Source: Gemmatimonas phototrophica (lineage in GTDB: Bacteria > Latescibacterota > UBA2968 > UBA8231). Taken from it: 64,000 bases of DNA. A program made the translations under genes and the position numbers. The DNA is taken from the NCBI GenBank assembly GCA_945861755.1, contig CAMAVQ010000003.1, positions 5,689 to 69,688 on the forward strand. Reading direction: 5' to 3'. Of this stretch, positions 9,796 through 19,600 are shown piece by piece; the first letter of the stretch is position 1; each line of letters opens with the position of its first letter. Under the pieces are notes generated by a model. It was not told the origin of the DNA. It was given only the letters and a program-made list of their open reading frames with translations, and ran no database searches.

Positions 9796-10161
9796 TCACT
9801 CCCCGGCGCTACTGGGAGGCTCCTGCTGCTCTTGCTGCTGCTGGCGGGCGAGGATGTCCCGGATCAGTTGCTGAAATTTCTCGTCGGCCTGGTCCTTTTT
9901 GGCCTTCTCGGTGTTGAGCATGTTGCCCAGGATAGTGGCCAGGCGGGCCGGGTTGTTCTGGCCGATGCGGAGCATGGTTTTGATCTCGGAGATGGAGCGG
10001 TCCAGAGGGGTGGGGCGCGGCGGTTTGGATGGGGCCGCTTTTTCGGGGGCTGCCTTTTTCCGGGCTTCGGCGGGTTTCTTGGCAGCCGGCTTGGCCTTGC
10101 CCTTGGCGCCAAAGAGGCGGGCCAGCAGCGAAGGTTTGGCTTTTTTCTTTTTTGGGCTCAT
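9796..10161 (-). CDS. Small Lys/Ala/Pro-rich basic protein (121 aa), function unknown
   Basis: ATG at 10159-10161 overlaps the stop of the upstream cNMP-binding gene (ATGA). N-terminus MSPKKKKAKPSLLARLFGAKGKAKPAAKKPAEARKKAAPEK, followed by a helical Gln-rich tail. It is the only sensible reading of the 3' part of ORF 9796..10785. Confidence 0.55.
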   Translation of the reverse strand: MSPKKKKAKPSLLARLFGAKGKAKPAAKKPAEARKKAAPEKAAPSKPPRPTPLDRSISEIKTMLRIGQNNPARLATILGNMLNTEKAKKDQADEKFQQLIRDILARQQQQEQQEPPSSAGE

Positions 10162-10715
10162 CTGGCGGCCATTCCTTCCTCGTCCTGCAGAAAGTCGTAG
10201 CCCAGCTTCTTGAGGGTCTGGTAGTCTTTGGTCAGGGTGTGGCCCATCTGTTCGGCCAGGTTGAGAAGGATCTTGCAGCCCAGGCCGGGGTTGGTGACCA
10301 TGAGGTCCATCAGATCGGGCTTGAAGAAGCCGATCAACTCGCTGGGTTCGGCCGCCACCACCGTGGAGGTGCGGGGAGAACCATCGACCAGGGCAAATTC
10401 GCCCAGCAGTTCGCCCGGCCCCAGGGCGCCCACCACCTGAGGCGCACCGTTGGCGCTGAGGCGCAGGATCTGCACGCTCCCCGAGCGGACCAGGTAGAAG
10501 CCCGACTGCTCGGCACCGCGGCGAATGATGGTTTCGCCGGTCACAAAACGGCGCGGGTGTACGATGCGCGCCAGGGTCCATAGCTCCCTGAGCGTGAGGG
10601 TGCTGAAGACCGGGACGCCGGCCAGGATCGTTTCGAGGGGGAGTTGGGCCTGGGCTTCCTGGCGGAACAGGTTGGCCCATTCGGGATCTTCCCACTCCTC
10701 GGCGCTTGCTTCCAT
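10158..10715 (-). CDS. Cyclic nucleotide-binding domain protein (stand-alone CNB domain)
   Basis: 185 aa. Crp/PKA-type CNB pattern: FVTGETIIRRGAEQSGFYLVRSGSV...GPGELLGEFALVDGSPRTSTVVA. No attached DNA-binding or enzymatic domain. Confidence 0.85.
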   Translation of the reverse strand: MEASAEEWEDPEWANLFRQEAQAQLPLETILAGVPVFSTLTLRELWTLARIVHPRRFVTGETIIRRGAEQSGFYLVRSGSVQILRLSANGAPQVVGALGPGELLGEFALVDGSPRTSTVVAAEPSELIGFFKPDLMDLMVTNPGLGCKILLNLAEQMGHTLTKDYQTLKKLGYDFLQDEEGMAAR

Positions 10716-10744
10716 GAAAGATCTCCAGGGCAGTGGCTGCGGCT

Positions 10745-10773
10745 ATTTTAAGCAGCGCTTCCTCCCAAGGCAA
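10745..10773 (-). promoter_or_regulatory. Candidate sigma70-type promoter for the cNMP-binding/Lys-rich gene pair (TTGCCT-17 nt-TAAAAT)
   Basis: Minus-strand read: ttgcct tgggaggaagcgctgct taaaat. It ends about 30 nt upstream of the ATG at 10715, and GGAG lies 8 nt before the start. Confidence 0.4.
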
Positions 10774-10792
10774 ATATCGGCGCATTCGTCTA

Positions 10793-10821
10793 TTGACAGA
10801 ACACTTTTTTTTTGGAATTTT
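10793..10821 (+). promoter_or_regulatory. Candidate promoter for the Gfo/VOC/Gfo block (TTGACA-17 nt-AATTTT)
   Basis: Perfect -35 TTGACA at 10793-10798 in a T-rich spacer. The -10 is weak (3/6). GGAGGTGG RBS precedes the ATG at 10851. Confidence 0.3.
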
Positions 10822-10850
10822 CAGCCAGGTCTAGACGCGGAGGTGGAAAC

Positions 10851-11990
10851 ATGGCAGCCAAACTGAGGGTGGGTATCGTCGGCCTGGGGCAGCGGGGTCT
10901 GCAACATCTGGAGGCGCTGTGGCGCATCCCCCAGGCCCAGGTGGTGGCCCTCTGCGATCCCTTTCCCGAGAATCTGACCGAGGAAAAACTGCGGCGTTTT
11001 GTCCCCGGTTTTTCGCTGTCCGGGGTGCAGGTTTGTAATCGTTTTGAGCAGTTGTTGGCGGTCGGCCTGGACGCGGTGTACTTCTGCATCCCCCCTGGTC
11101 GGCACCAGGGCGAACTGATCCGCGCCGCCGAGCAGGGCTTGCACATCTTCGCCGAAAAGCCGGTGAGCCTCTTCCTCGACGAGGCCCTGGAGATGGACCG
11201 GGCCATCCGCCGGACCGGGGTGGTGGGCACGGTGGGCTTCCAGCAGCGCCACGATGGTTGGCATTTGGCCGTCCGCGATTTTCTCCGAGATAAGCGGTTG
11301 GTGATGCTCACCCAGGTGACCAACGGCACCCTCGAATCCCACTCGGTCAAACACACCCGCACCGAGGAGTTGGGTGGGCCGGCCAACCGGGTGTGGGCCG
11401 CCAATTTCGCCTGGTCGGGTTCCACGGTGGTGGAGGCCGGCATCCATCCCCTCGATCTGATGCGCTTCTGGGCCGGAGAGGTGGTGTGGGTGCGGGCCAG
11501 CTACATCCCGCGCGCGCCCGAGGATATCGTCGACGGGGGCGACAATCCCTGCGGGTACGCGGTGACTTTCGGCTTTGAATCGGGTGCCGTGGCCACCCTC
11601 AACCTGACCCGGCTGCGCCGGACCTTCTGGGGGGACGGGTACCAGGACATTGCCTGGGATTACGGCCACCTCAAGATCGAGGCCGAGGGCCCGGTGGCCT
11701 ATTACTACGATGGGCCCTATCCGCCCCCCGGCAAGGTGGATGCCGCTGCCCTGCGCCATGTGCTGCCGGCGAGTCCGCGCGGCGACACCACCCTGGCCAT
11801 CGGCCAGGCCTTTGTCGAGGCGGCGCGCACCGGCGATTCCTCCCTGTTGCTCAACACCTTTGCCTCGAGCATGAACAGCCACAGCGCGGTGCTGGGGGCC
11901 AATGTCTCTGACCAACTGGGCGGGGAAAAGGTCGAACTGGGCGAACTGCTCAGCCATCCCAAGTACGCTGCGTACCGCAAAAAAACCTAA
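10851..11990 (+). CDS. Gfo/Idh/MocA family oxidoreductase
   Basis: Starts at MAAKLRVGIVGLGQRG (Rossmann GxGxxG) after a GGAGG RBS. EKP motif (IFAEKPV). Typical length of about 380 aa. Confidence 0.85.
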   Translation: MAAKLRVGIVGLGQRGLQHLEALWRIPQAQVVALCDPFPENLTEEKLRRFVPGFSLSGVQVCNRFEQLLAVGLDAVYFCIPPGRHQGELIRAAEQGLHIFAEKPVSLFLDEALEMDRAIRRTGVVGTVGFQQRHDGWHLAVRDFLRDKRLVMLTQVTNGTLESHSVKHTRTEELGGPANRVWAANFAWSGSTVVEAGIHPLDLMRFWAGEVVWVRASYIPRAPEDIVDGGDNPCGYAVTFGFESGAVATLNLTRLRRTFWGDGYQDIAWDYGHLKIEAEGPVAYYYDGPYPPPGKVDAAALRHVLPASPRGDTTLAIGQAFVEAARTGDSSLLLNTFASSMNSHSAVLGANVSDQLGGEKVELGELLSHPKYAAYRKKT

Positions 11991-12004
11991 GCGAGGAGAG
12001 TATC

Positions 12005-12379
12005 ATGCCCAACTATCAGCTCAACCATCTCCACCACGAAACCCGCGACGTGGACGGCGCGGTGTCTTTCTACCAAAAGATTTTCGGCGCCACCAGCGAG
12101 CCGCCCTTTGAGCGGGGCGGGGCCACCTGGGTCAAGGTCCACGTGGGGGATGTGGCGATCATGGTCACCAACCGCCCCTGCACCGACAACGCTTTGGGCC
12201 GCTACCAGGGTCTGGACCATGTCGGGTTGATGACCGACAACTTCGACGATACCATCGCCACCATTCAGAAAGAAGGGGCCAATATCTGGTTCGGTCCCAC
12301 CAAACTGGACACCGGCATGCGCATCGCCTTTGTCAGCGGCCCCGACAATATCAAGATCGAGCTGATGGAGAAGATATGA
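12005..12379 (+). CDS. VOC/glyoxalase family protein
   Basis: 124 aa. LNHLHHETRDVDGAVSFYQKIFG and a repeated beta-alpha-beta-beta-beta module ending in KIELMEK. The stop overlaps the next start (ATGA at 12376-12379). Confidence 0.75.
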   Translation: MPNYQLNHLHHETRDVDGAVSFYQKIFGATSEPPFERGGATWVKVHVGDVAIMVTNRPCTDNALGRYQGLDHVGLMTDNFDDTIATIQKEGANIWFGPTKLDTGMRIAFVSGPDNIKIELMEKI

Positions 12380-13392
12380 AGGTCGGAGTGATTGGCCTGG
12401 GCATGGGGCGGGCCCACCTGCAGGCGTATCGCGCCTTCGACCAGGCGGAAATTGTTGGAATCGCCGACCTCGACGAAGCCCGGCTGAAATCCAGCGCTGC
12501 CGAATACGGGATCGGCCGCATCTTCACCGATTACCACGACCTGCTGGCCCTGCCCGAGCTGGAGGCGGTGAGCGTGTGTCTGCCCAACCATCTGCACGCC
12601 CCGGTGGTCATCGAGGCTTTGCAGGCCGGCAAACACGTGCTGGTGGAAAAACCCATGGCCCGCACCCCAGCCGAAGCGCGTTCCATGAAGGAGGCCGCCG
12701 AGGCGACCGGGCGCACCCTGGGCGTCTCGATGAACTACCGCTGGATCGTCGGCCCGGATTCGTGGTATCTCAAACACCTGATCGACGCGGGCCGGCTGGG
12801 CGAGATCTACTATGTGCGGGCCTACACCCTGCGCCGCCGCACCTTTCCGCGCGGCCATAAGACCTGGTTCACCCAGAAGGCCATTTCGGGTGGCGCAGCG
12901 CTGATGGACATGGGGCCGCACCTGCTCGATCTGGCCATGTGGTTGGTCGGCGACTACGCCCCGCAGCAGGTGAGCGGGGTGACCCGCACAGCGCTGATGA
13001 CCGACACCGACGTGGACGATTTTGGCGTGGTCCTGGTGCGCATGCAGGGCGGGGCGACCATCTACCTGGAGTCCACCTGGGCTTCCTTTACCAAGCCGGG
13101 CGTCGGACTGGTGGTGATGGGCACCCAGGGCGGGGCCCTGCTCGATCTGGGCGCTGCCCAGGGCAAACGTCTGACCCTGCTGGGCGCCGATGGCGACACC
13201 CTCACCGAGGTCACGCCGGTGGACATCCAACTCCCCTACACGCCCGAGGCTTCGATCCAGGAGCACTTCATCCGGCGGGTGGCCGCTGGCCAGCAACCCG
13301 AAACCACCCCTGCCCGCGGCCTGGCCGTGGTCCAGGTGATCGACGGGGCGTACCGCTCCAGTGAGAGCGGCCACGAGGTGGTGATCGAATAA
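12376..13392 (+). CDS. Gfo/Idh/MocA family oxidoreductase
   Basis: MKVGVIGLGMGRAH Rossmann start and VLVEKPMA motif. 338 aa. Confidence 0.85.
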   Translation: MKVGVIGLGMGRAHLQAYRAFDQAEIVGIADLDEARLKSSAAEYGIGRIFTDYHDLLALPELEAVSVCLPNHLHAPVVIEALQAGKHVLVEKPMARTPAEARSMKEAAEATGRTLGVSMNYRWIVGPDSWYLKHLIDAGRLGEIYYVRAYTLRRRTFPRGHKTWFTQKAISGGAALMDMGPHLLDLAMWLVGDYAPQQVSGVTRTALMTDTDVDDFGVVLVRMQGGATIYLESTWASFTKPGVGLVVMGTQGGALLDLGAAQGKRLTLLGADGDTLTEVTPVDIQLPYTPEASIQEHFIRRVAAGQQPETTPARGLAVVQVIDGAYRSSESGHEVVIE

Positions 13393-13435
13393 AAACTAGA
13401 GCGGCGGCATTCGCCGACGCTCCAGCAGGAGTTAT

Positions 13436-14851
13436 ATGCCCCAGTACGAGACCGTCATCGGCATGGAAGTACATGTGGAGCTGCAAACCGCCTCCAAGAT
13501 GTTCTGCCGCTGCCCGGCCCACCACTTCCAGGTGGAGGCCAATCGCCACATCTGCCCGGTGTGTACCGCCCAGCCCGGGGCCTTGCCGGTGATCAACGGG
13601 CGGGCCGTGGAGCTGACGGCGATGACCGGCATCGCGCTTAACTGCGCCGTGCAACACCGCAGCGTCTTTGCCCGCAAGAACTACACCTATCCCGACCTGC
13701 CCAAGGGCTACCAGATCTCCCAGTACGAGTTGCCCTTGTGTACGGCTGGGTGGGTGGAGGTGGAGGGCAAAGACATCGGCATCGAGCGGGTACACCTGGA
13801 GGAGGACACCGGCAAGCTGGTCCACCAGGGCGCTTCTAGCCTGGTGGATTACAACCGCGCCGGGGTGCCGCTGATGGAGATCGTCTCCGACTCCTCCCTA
13901 CGTTCGGCAGAAGAGGCCTACGCGTACCTCTGGGCTATCCGCCAGGTGGTGCGGTACCTGGGGGCCTCTTCCGGGGATATGGAGAAGGGGGCCATGCGCT
14001 GCGAGGCCAATATCTCGGTGCGGCCCGTCGGCGCGACCACCTATGGCACCAAGGTGGAGGTGAAAAACCTCAACTCTTTCCGCGCCGTGCGCAACGCCAT
14101 CGACTACGAGACCGGGCGCCAGGTGAAACTGCTCGAAGAGGGCGGCCAGGTGCGGCAGGTGACCATGGGGTGGGACGAGGAGGCGGGCGTCACCCGCGAG
14201 CAGCGCAGCAAGGAGACCTCCGAGGACTATCGCTACTTCCCCGAGCCCGACCTGCTGCCGGTAGTGGTGGACCAGACCTGGACAGATCGGGTGCAGGGCA
14301 TGTTGCCCGAACTACCCCAGGCCAAGGCCGCCCGCTTCGCCGCCCGCTACGGACTGAGCGCCCAGGATATCGGGGTGCTGGTGGACGACCAGGAGGTGGC
14401 CGCGTACTTCGAGGCCGCCGCGGCCCAGGCCGATCCCAAGCTGGTGAGCAACTGGGTGACGGTGGAACTCTTCCGCCGACTCAAGGAGGATGGGGTCCAG
14501 ATGGGCGCGATCAAGGTGCAGCCACAGGCCCTGGCCGAGTTGATCGGGCTGGTCAAATCTGGGGCCATCAACCAGCCGGCGGCCAAGGAGGTCTTTGGGG
14601 TGTTGTGGGTCGAAGGCGGCTCGCCGGCCCAGATCGTCGCTGCCCGGGGCCTGGGGCAGATCTCCGACACCGGGGCCCTGGGGCAGGCAGTGAGCGAGGC
14701 GCTGGCGGCCAGCCCGGACGCGGTGGAGAAGATCCGAGCCGGCAACGACAAGGCGATCAAGTTTCTCATCGGCCAGGTGATGAAGGCCACCCGCGGCAAG
14801 GCCAATCCGGCCCTGGTCGAGGAGTTGCTGCGCCGGCAATTGGTAGGCTGA
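13436..14851 (+). CDS. gatB: Asp-tRNA(Asn)/Glu-tRNA(Gln) amidotransferase subunit B
   Basis: 471 aa. [37 protein letters not shown] and a YqeY-like C-terminal tail, all characteristic of GatB. Confidence 0.93.
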   Translation: MPQYETVIGMEVHVELQTASKMFCRCPAHHFQVEANRHICPVCTAQPGALPVINGRAVELTAMTGIALNCAVQHRSVFARKNYTYPDLPKGYQISQYELPLCTAGWVEVEGKDIGIERVHLEEDTGKLVHQGASSLVDYNRAGVPLMEIVSDSSLRSAEEAYAYLWAIRQVVRYLGASSGDMEKGAMRCEANISVRPVGATTYGTKVEVKNLNSFRAVRNAIDYETGRQVKLLEEGGQVRQVTMGWDEEAGVTREQRSKETSEDYRYFPEPDLLPVVVDQTWTDRVQGMLPELPQAKAARFAARYGLSAQDIGVLVDDQEVAAYFEAAAAQADPKLVSNWVTVELFRRLKEDGVQMGAIKVQPQALAELIGLVKSGAINQPAAKEVFGVLWVEGGSPAQIVAARGLGQISDTGALGQAVSEALAASPDAVEKIRAGNDKAIKFLIGQVMKATRGKANPALVEELLRRQLVG

Positions 14852-14865
14852 ACGAGAGGAAAACC

Positions 14866-15630
14866 ATGGTAATGGCGGGTAAGAAGGCCCTGGTCACCGG
14901 GGGCAAACGGCGCATCGGGCGGGGCATCGCCCTGGCCCTGGCCGAGGCCGGCTGCGACGTGGGCATCAACGATCTGCAGGAGGACGAGGATGCCCAGGAG
15001 ACCCTGCGGCTCATCGAAGCGCAGGGCCGGCAGAGCGCCTTCTTTGCGGCGGACATCACCTCCAGCGTGCAGGTGAGGGGGATGTTTGCCGGCTTTGTCG
15101 AGCATTTTGGCGGCATCGACATCCTGGTGAACAACCCCTTCTACGCCCGCCACCAATCTTTCCTGGACATCGACGAAGAGGAATTCGACCGCACCCTGGG
15201 GGTTTGTCTGAAGGGGTACTTCCTGTGCAGCCAGGAGGCTGCCCGGCGCATGGTCGACCAGCAGCGGGGGGGCAGTATCGTCAGCATTTCTTCGGTCCAC
15301 GCCCAGGTGGTCTGGGACACCGACACCTGCTACGGCGTCGCCAAGGCCGCCATCCTACGCCTGAACCAGAGCATGGCGGTGGAGCTGGGCAAGTACCAGA
15401 TCCGCTGCAACGTCATCCTGCCCGGTTTCATGGATACGGACCACGTGTTTGGCACGGCGCCACCGCCTTTCGATGCCGGCCTGGGTCCGCCCCGGGCCCA
15501 CCACACGCCCACCCTGCGCTGTTCCACACCCGAGGAGATCGGGCGGGCAGCGGTGTTTCTCAGCTCCCCGGCGTCGGGCAATATCACGGGGGTGGCCCTG
15601 CCGGTGGACGGCGGGTTGCTGACGGGTTAA
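14866..15630 (+). CDS. Short-chain dehydrogenase/reductase (SDR)
   Basis: ATG at 14866 after GAGAGGA. KKALVTGGKRRIGRGIA cofactor motif, NNPF, and catalytic YGVAKAA (YxxxK). The ORF-track extension back to 14170 overlaps gatB and is discounted. Confidence 0.85.
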   Translation: MVMAGKKALVTGGKRRIGRGIALALAEAGCDVGINDLQEDEDAQETLRLIEAQGRQSAFFAADITSSVQVRGMFAGFVEHFGGIDILVNNPFYARHQSFLDIDEEEFDRTLGVCLKGYFLCSQEAARRMVDQQRGGSIVSISSVHAQVVWDTDTCYGVAKAAILRLNQSMAVELGKYQIRCNVILPGFMDTDHVFGTAPPPFDAGLGPPRAHHTPTLRCSTPEEIGRAAVFLSSPASGNITGVALPVDGGLLTG

Positions 15631-15663
15631 GGATCTCCCCTACCCCCTCGCCAAAACGATCCC

Positions 15664-16641
15664 ATGCCCCTCCCCCCGCAGCTACAGCGCGCCATCGAAC
15701 AGGAGACGGGCCGGCATCCTGCCAAGGCCCTGAGCCAGGCCGCTGCGGAACTTTCCGAGGTGTACCGCGCCGGACACCTGGCTAGCGGGGCTTTCCTCCC
15801 CTCCGAGCTGCACCGACTCGCGTACGCGGCTGTGCGGCTGCCGGCCACCTTTGCGGCGGTGCGTGCGGTGTTGGCGGAAGTGGGCCGTCGGTTGCCCGAC
15901 CGGCCACTGGCGAGCTTGCTCGACTTGGGCGCCGGCCCGGGCACAGCTGGCTGGGCAGCCGGGGAAGTCTTTGGCCAGTTGGAGTCGCTCACCCTGATCG
16001 AAAGGGACGCCGGGTTGATCGCGCTGGGCAAAGCGCTGGCGCGGGCCGGGGAACACGCCCTATTGGAACAGGCCCGCTGGGTGCAGGGGGATCTGCGCGT
16101 GCTGCCCGCTTTTGCGCCCTGCGATTTGGTGGTCAGTTCCTATGCGCTGGGAGAGTTGGGGGAGGAGGCTGCCAGTGCGGTGCTGCGGGCGGCCTGGGCG
16201 GCGACCTCTCAGGTGCTGGTGGTGGTGGAGCCGGGGACCATGCGGGGGTTTGCGCTTATCCGCCGGCTGCGCGATGAGCTGATCGGGGCCGGTGCCCACT
16301 TGATCGCCCCCTGTCCGCACCACGAGGACTGTCCCTTGCCGGCGGGAGACTGGTGCCATTTCTCGCAGCGCCTCGAACGCTCGCGGCTGCACCAGCGCCT
16401 CAAGGAGGTCGCCCTGGGATACGAAGACGAGAAGTTTTCGTACGTGGCAGTGGCCAGACATCCGCTCCAGCCCGCCCCGGCCCGCATCCTGCGTCACCCG
16501 CTGCGCCACGCCGGCCACACCGAATTGCAGTTGTGTACGCCGGCGGGCCTGCAGACCTTGACGGTGACGCGCAGCGACAAGGCAGGGTGGAAAGAGGCGA
16601 GGAAAGCGGAGTGGGGCGATGAGTGGCGGGGTGGGGGCTAA
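15664..16641 (+). CDS. Rsm22-like SAM-dependent methyltransferase
   Basis: 325 aa. SAM motif LLDLGAGPGTAGWAA and C-terminal Cys/His cluster APCPHHEDCPL...WCHF, typical of bacterial Rsm22-family proteins. Confidence 0.7.
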   Translation: MPLPPQLQRAIEQETGRHPAKALSQAAAELSEVYRAGHLASGAFLPSELHRLAYAAVRLPATFAAVRAVLAEVGRRLPDRPLASLLDLGAGPGTAGWAAGEVFGQLESLTLIERDAGLIALGKALARAGEHALLEQARWVQGDLRVLPAFAPCDLVVSSYALGELGEEAASAVLRAAWAATSQVLVVVEPGTMRGFALIRRLRDELIGAGAHLIAPCPHHEDCPLPAGDWCHFSQRLERSRLHQRLKEVALGYEDEKFSYVAVARHPLQPAPARILRHPLRHAGHTELQLCTPAGLQTLTVTRSDKAGWKEARKAEWGDEWRGGG

Positions 16642-19600
16642 CGCACCAGCGCCAGCCGCTGCACCGCCCCGAAGTTCCCCGCCTGTAGCCGGCAGAAGTA
16701 CACCCCCGAAGCCACCTCCCGTCCCTGCTCGTCGCGGCCGTCCCAGCCATAGGTGTACATCCCCGCCGGCAGCGAGGTGTCCAACAAGCGGCGCAGCGGG
16801 CGGCCCAGGGGGTCGTAGATGGTCAGGGCGGCGCGTCCTTCGCGGGGCAGCTCGAAAGGGAAGGTGGTCCGGGCATTGAAGGGGTTGGGGAAACCGGGAT
16901 GGAGGACCAGGTGTTTCGGCAGGGAGACGTCCCCTTCCTCGACAGGGGTCTGTTCGGGCGCTGCGTCGAGGAAGGGCTGCCAGGCTACCTGGCCCTTGAA
17001 GAGGGCGGCGATGGTGATGCTGTCGGTGGTGCCCCAGTAGTTGCCCTGGGCCGGCAGGATTTGGTCCGAGAGGTTTTCGACGGCAATGCGGTTGTCGAGG
17101 AAGGTGTTGCGGGTCAGGGTGGGCACTTGGGTGCCGCTGACCTTGAGGGCGGTGAGGTTGTGCTCGAAGGTGTTGCCCTCGACCTGGGGGGAAGAGGCCT
17201 GGGACTCGAAGCCCACCCCGGCGTTGCTAAAGGTGCTGGTGCGCACGGTGAATTTGGGAATGTTTTCGAGGCGCAGGCCGGCGTTGTTGAGGAAGTGGCT
17301 CATCTCGATGGCCCCGGAAGCGCCTTCGCGCAGCACCAATCCGGTGCCGATATTGTCGGCGAAGTTGGTGGTCCCCACCTCCACTATGGGCACGGCGGCC
17401 ACCACGGCCCCGTCGCCCAGGTTGCGCTCCACCTGCACCTGCTCAAAGGTGAGCCGCTCAAGGCCGCGGGCCCGCAGGCCCTCGTGCTGGTTGGCGCTGA
17501 GTTGGCTGTCGTGGATCTCTACCACCCCCTCCCAAGCCTCCAGGTCCAAGCCGTGCTGGGTGTTGCGCGTCGAACTGCTATTCCATAGCTCGATCTTCTG
17601 GCCGCGCCCGCCCACTGCTTTCAGACCGGAGCGCGGGTCCTTGGGGTCGAGCAGGCCGTTCTGCTCCAGGCGGAGGTTCACCGCCTCCAGGGAGGCGTTG
17701 CCCAGCGAGATGCCCTCCTGGCCGCATTGCTGCACGGTTACGTCGCGCAGCGAGAGCAGGCCGCCCCCCTGCACATAGATGGCCGGGGTGGTGAGGTGGA
17801 AAAAGGTGGTCCCGGTCACTTGGGCCGGCCCGTTGAGGGTCAGCGACAACCCGGCCAGGCCCTGCTGGATGCGGCCGCCTTCGAGCGCAAAGCTGCTGGT
17901 GGCAGAGACCTCGCCGCTGAACCCGTACCCGCAGCGTTCTATGGTAGCGTCGTGGACCTTCACCTGGGCGCCAGGGGCCAGGCGCACCCCGAACCACAGG
18001 TCCTGATTGCTGGTCTGGGCCACGGTGAAGGTGCCGCCCTCGGCGCTGAGTTTGCCTTCGACCACCAGTTCGGACAACGCTGGGCTCAGGCCACTGCCAC
18101 TGAGGTCTGCAGGGGCGAATTGCAGCTGGGCGTTGGAATCCACCACCAGCTCAGCACCGACGGGGATGATCAGATCCTGAAAGAGGGACTGCACGCCCGA
18201 AAAATGGGTGATGCCCGCTGGCAGCCGGCTGCGCACCAGCCCGTAGCGGGCATTGACCAGCTGGAGCTGGTCGGTGTCCAGGGGCTGGCCGTCCATCAGG
18301 AAAAGGCCGAGCCAGTCGTCGGCGCGCGGCACCGTGGCCGCTGATTCGCAGCGGATCTGGCCCTGCACCTGGAGGCCGCCGTAGACGATCAACTCGCAGC
18401 GGCCCGCGTCGAAACCAGTGCGCCGGCTGTCGGCAGCAGCAAAACGGATACGGGTGCCCTCGGCCAGGATGAGCTTGACCCCGGGGTCCACCACCACATC
18501 CCCGTCCAGCTGCACCGTCCCCGACCAGGTGGTGTCGGTGCTGATGTGGCCGGGCAACTTCTGGTGCAGGCGCACATCGCAGCGCATGCGCGTGCCCTCG
18601 CGGCGGATGTTTTCGAGGGCCATGCCCAGGGGCAGGTTGCGGCTGAAGCCGGTGTGGGCACTGAGGGAGGGGTTGGTGTCCCAGGCCAGGCGGGTGAAGC
18701 GCTGTCCGTCGAAGGGGTCGGTGGCATCGCCCTCGTTGCCGTGGTGGGCGGCGGTGTAGGCCTCGTCCTTGGCCCAGAAGTCGAGGTTGTCCCTGCCTCT
18801 GACTGTATCGGGTTGCCCGTCGGGGTAGCCCTTGTCCGCGTAGAGCCCGTCGGCGCAGACCAGGTCCACCTGCGGGTGGCGCTCCTCGTCGTTGTCGGCC
18901 CGCTCGTCCACGTGCCAGACCAAGAGGCCCTCGCCGGGAATGCTGCGGTTGTAGTAGCTGCTGGCGCGGCGGCGGTTTTCGAGGAGGAAGCACTCGTCGG
19001 CACTGAGGCGGATCTTGTAGATTTTATTTCCTATGGCCACGTCCTCGATGGCCAGGTCGGGTTGGTCCTGGGTGAGTTCGACGACCTCCACCCAGCCTAA
19101 CTTGGCCAGGGCCCAGGCGCAGAAAGCATTGGGGCCATCCTCCACCCCCCAGCCCTGGGTCCCTGCCGAGGTCATCAGGCACCACTTGCCCACCCCCGCA
19201 CTTTCCTCCGTCGGGTCGAGTTGGCCGGAGGCAGTCACCGAGGACTGGTCGAAGAGGTCGGGCAGGCCCAGCACGTGGCCGAACTCGTGGCACATGGAGG
19301 CGGCGGTGACGCTGAAGGTGTGGCCCCGCTGGGTGGTGCCGCCAAAACCAGAAAAGCGACTGCGGATGTGAATGGTCCCGCCTTTGGCCGCCGGGTCGTT
19401 GCTGATGAAGTCGGTGTCCAATCCCAGGGAGGCGTAGCCAGTGGCCCCGCTGATGAAGAAATTGCGGGGCACGGTGAGCAGGTTGATGAAGACCACATCC
19501 ACGTACCCGTCGTCATCGCCCGAATTGGGAAGCCCGTCCGGGCCGTCATTGTCGAAGCGGCCGAGGTCGGCGTCGCGGTCAGCTTGTACGAGAATTTGGC

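Noticed and set aside
10162-10785. Upstream part of ORF 9796..10785, which overlaps the cNMP-binding gene
   Set aside because: This frame is Pro/Arg/Gly-rich junk here. The cNMP-binding frame has clear domain motifs. Only the last 121 codons, from the ATG at 10161, look genuine.
14170-14865. Upstream part of ORF 14170..15630, which overlaps gatB in another frame
   Set aside because: Its Arg/Gly/Pro-rich translation is nonsense. The SDR homology, the RBS and an ATG all begin at 14866, right after the gatB stop.
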